A stretch of DNA of 63,013 nucleotides, the filler included, from Octopus bimaculoides (lineage: Eukaryota), in the NCBI RefSeq assembly GCF_001194135.2. It is 5 parts of 3 records of this genome, joined end to end, with 100 filler letters (N's around TTAATTAATTAA, not from the genome) between each part and the next. Parts side by side here need not be neighbours in the genome. Positions count along the whole stretch, not along the records: positions 61,796 to 63,013 come from NC_068981.1; 4 more parts are not named here. One strand, written 5' to 3'. Position 1 is the first letter of the stretch; each line of letters opens with the position of its first letter. Below the pieces are notes generated by a model. That model had not been told where the DNA came from. It worked only from the letters and a program-made list of their open reading frames with translations, and searched no databases. Of the stretch, positions 62,977 to 63,013 are shown piece after piece. The translations under genes were made by a program, and so were the position numbers.

Positions 62977-63013
<37 letters not shown>

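Overview
Repeat-saturated, AT-rich eukaryotic DNA from a draft assembly. It has about 21 N-gaps totalling roughly 8 kb, most at (TA)n/(CA)n tracts. The SINE families point to an octopus genome (inferred from recalled repeat families, not from a search). I find no supportable host protein-coding gene, RNA gene or CRISPR array; almost all ORFs in the track are microsatellite or N read-through. The window holds many tRNA-derived SINEs, remnants of a Chapaev3-like (CMC) transposon, a Penelope-like element, a Helitron end, Tc1/mariner and pogo-type elements, a CR1-like LINE 3' end and Tx1/L1-like LINE fragments. Its main structure is a stack of about 11 decayed R4/Dong-type (RT + restriction-like endonuclease) LINE pieces from at least 5 subfamilies at 39.5-40.3 kb and 46.4-61.0 kb. 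These pieces are co-oriented within each cluster and mostly separated by (TAA)n tracts. Tx1-like LINE pieces and a ~70-bp tRNA-headed SINE use the same tracts. Other candidates: a young 187-bp element inserted at (TA)n with a hammerhead-like core relic, a shared 3' tail linking the dominant SINE to a CR1-like LINE, a putative 91-bp mini-Helitron, a ~680-bp fold-back and a degenerate triplicated unit. No element has an intact ORF. I do not see a clearly novel biological system; the microsatellite-targeted retroelement stack is the strongest lead.
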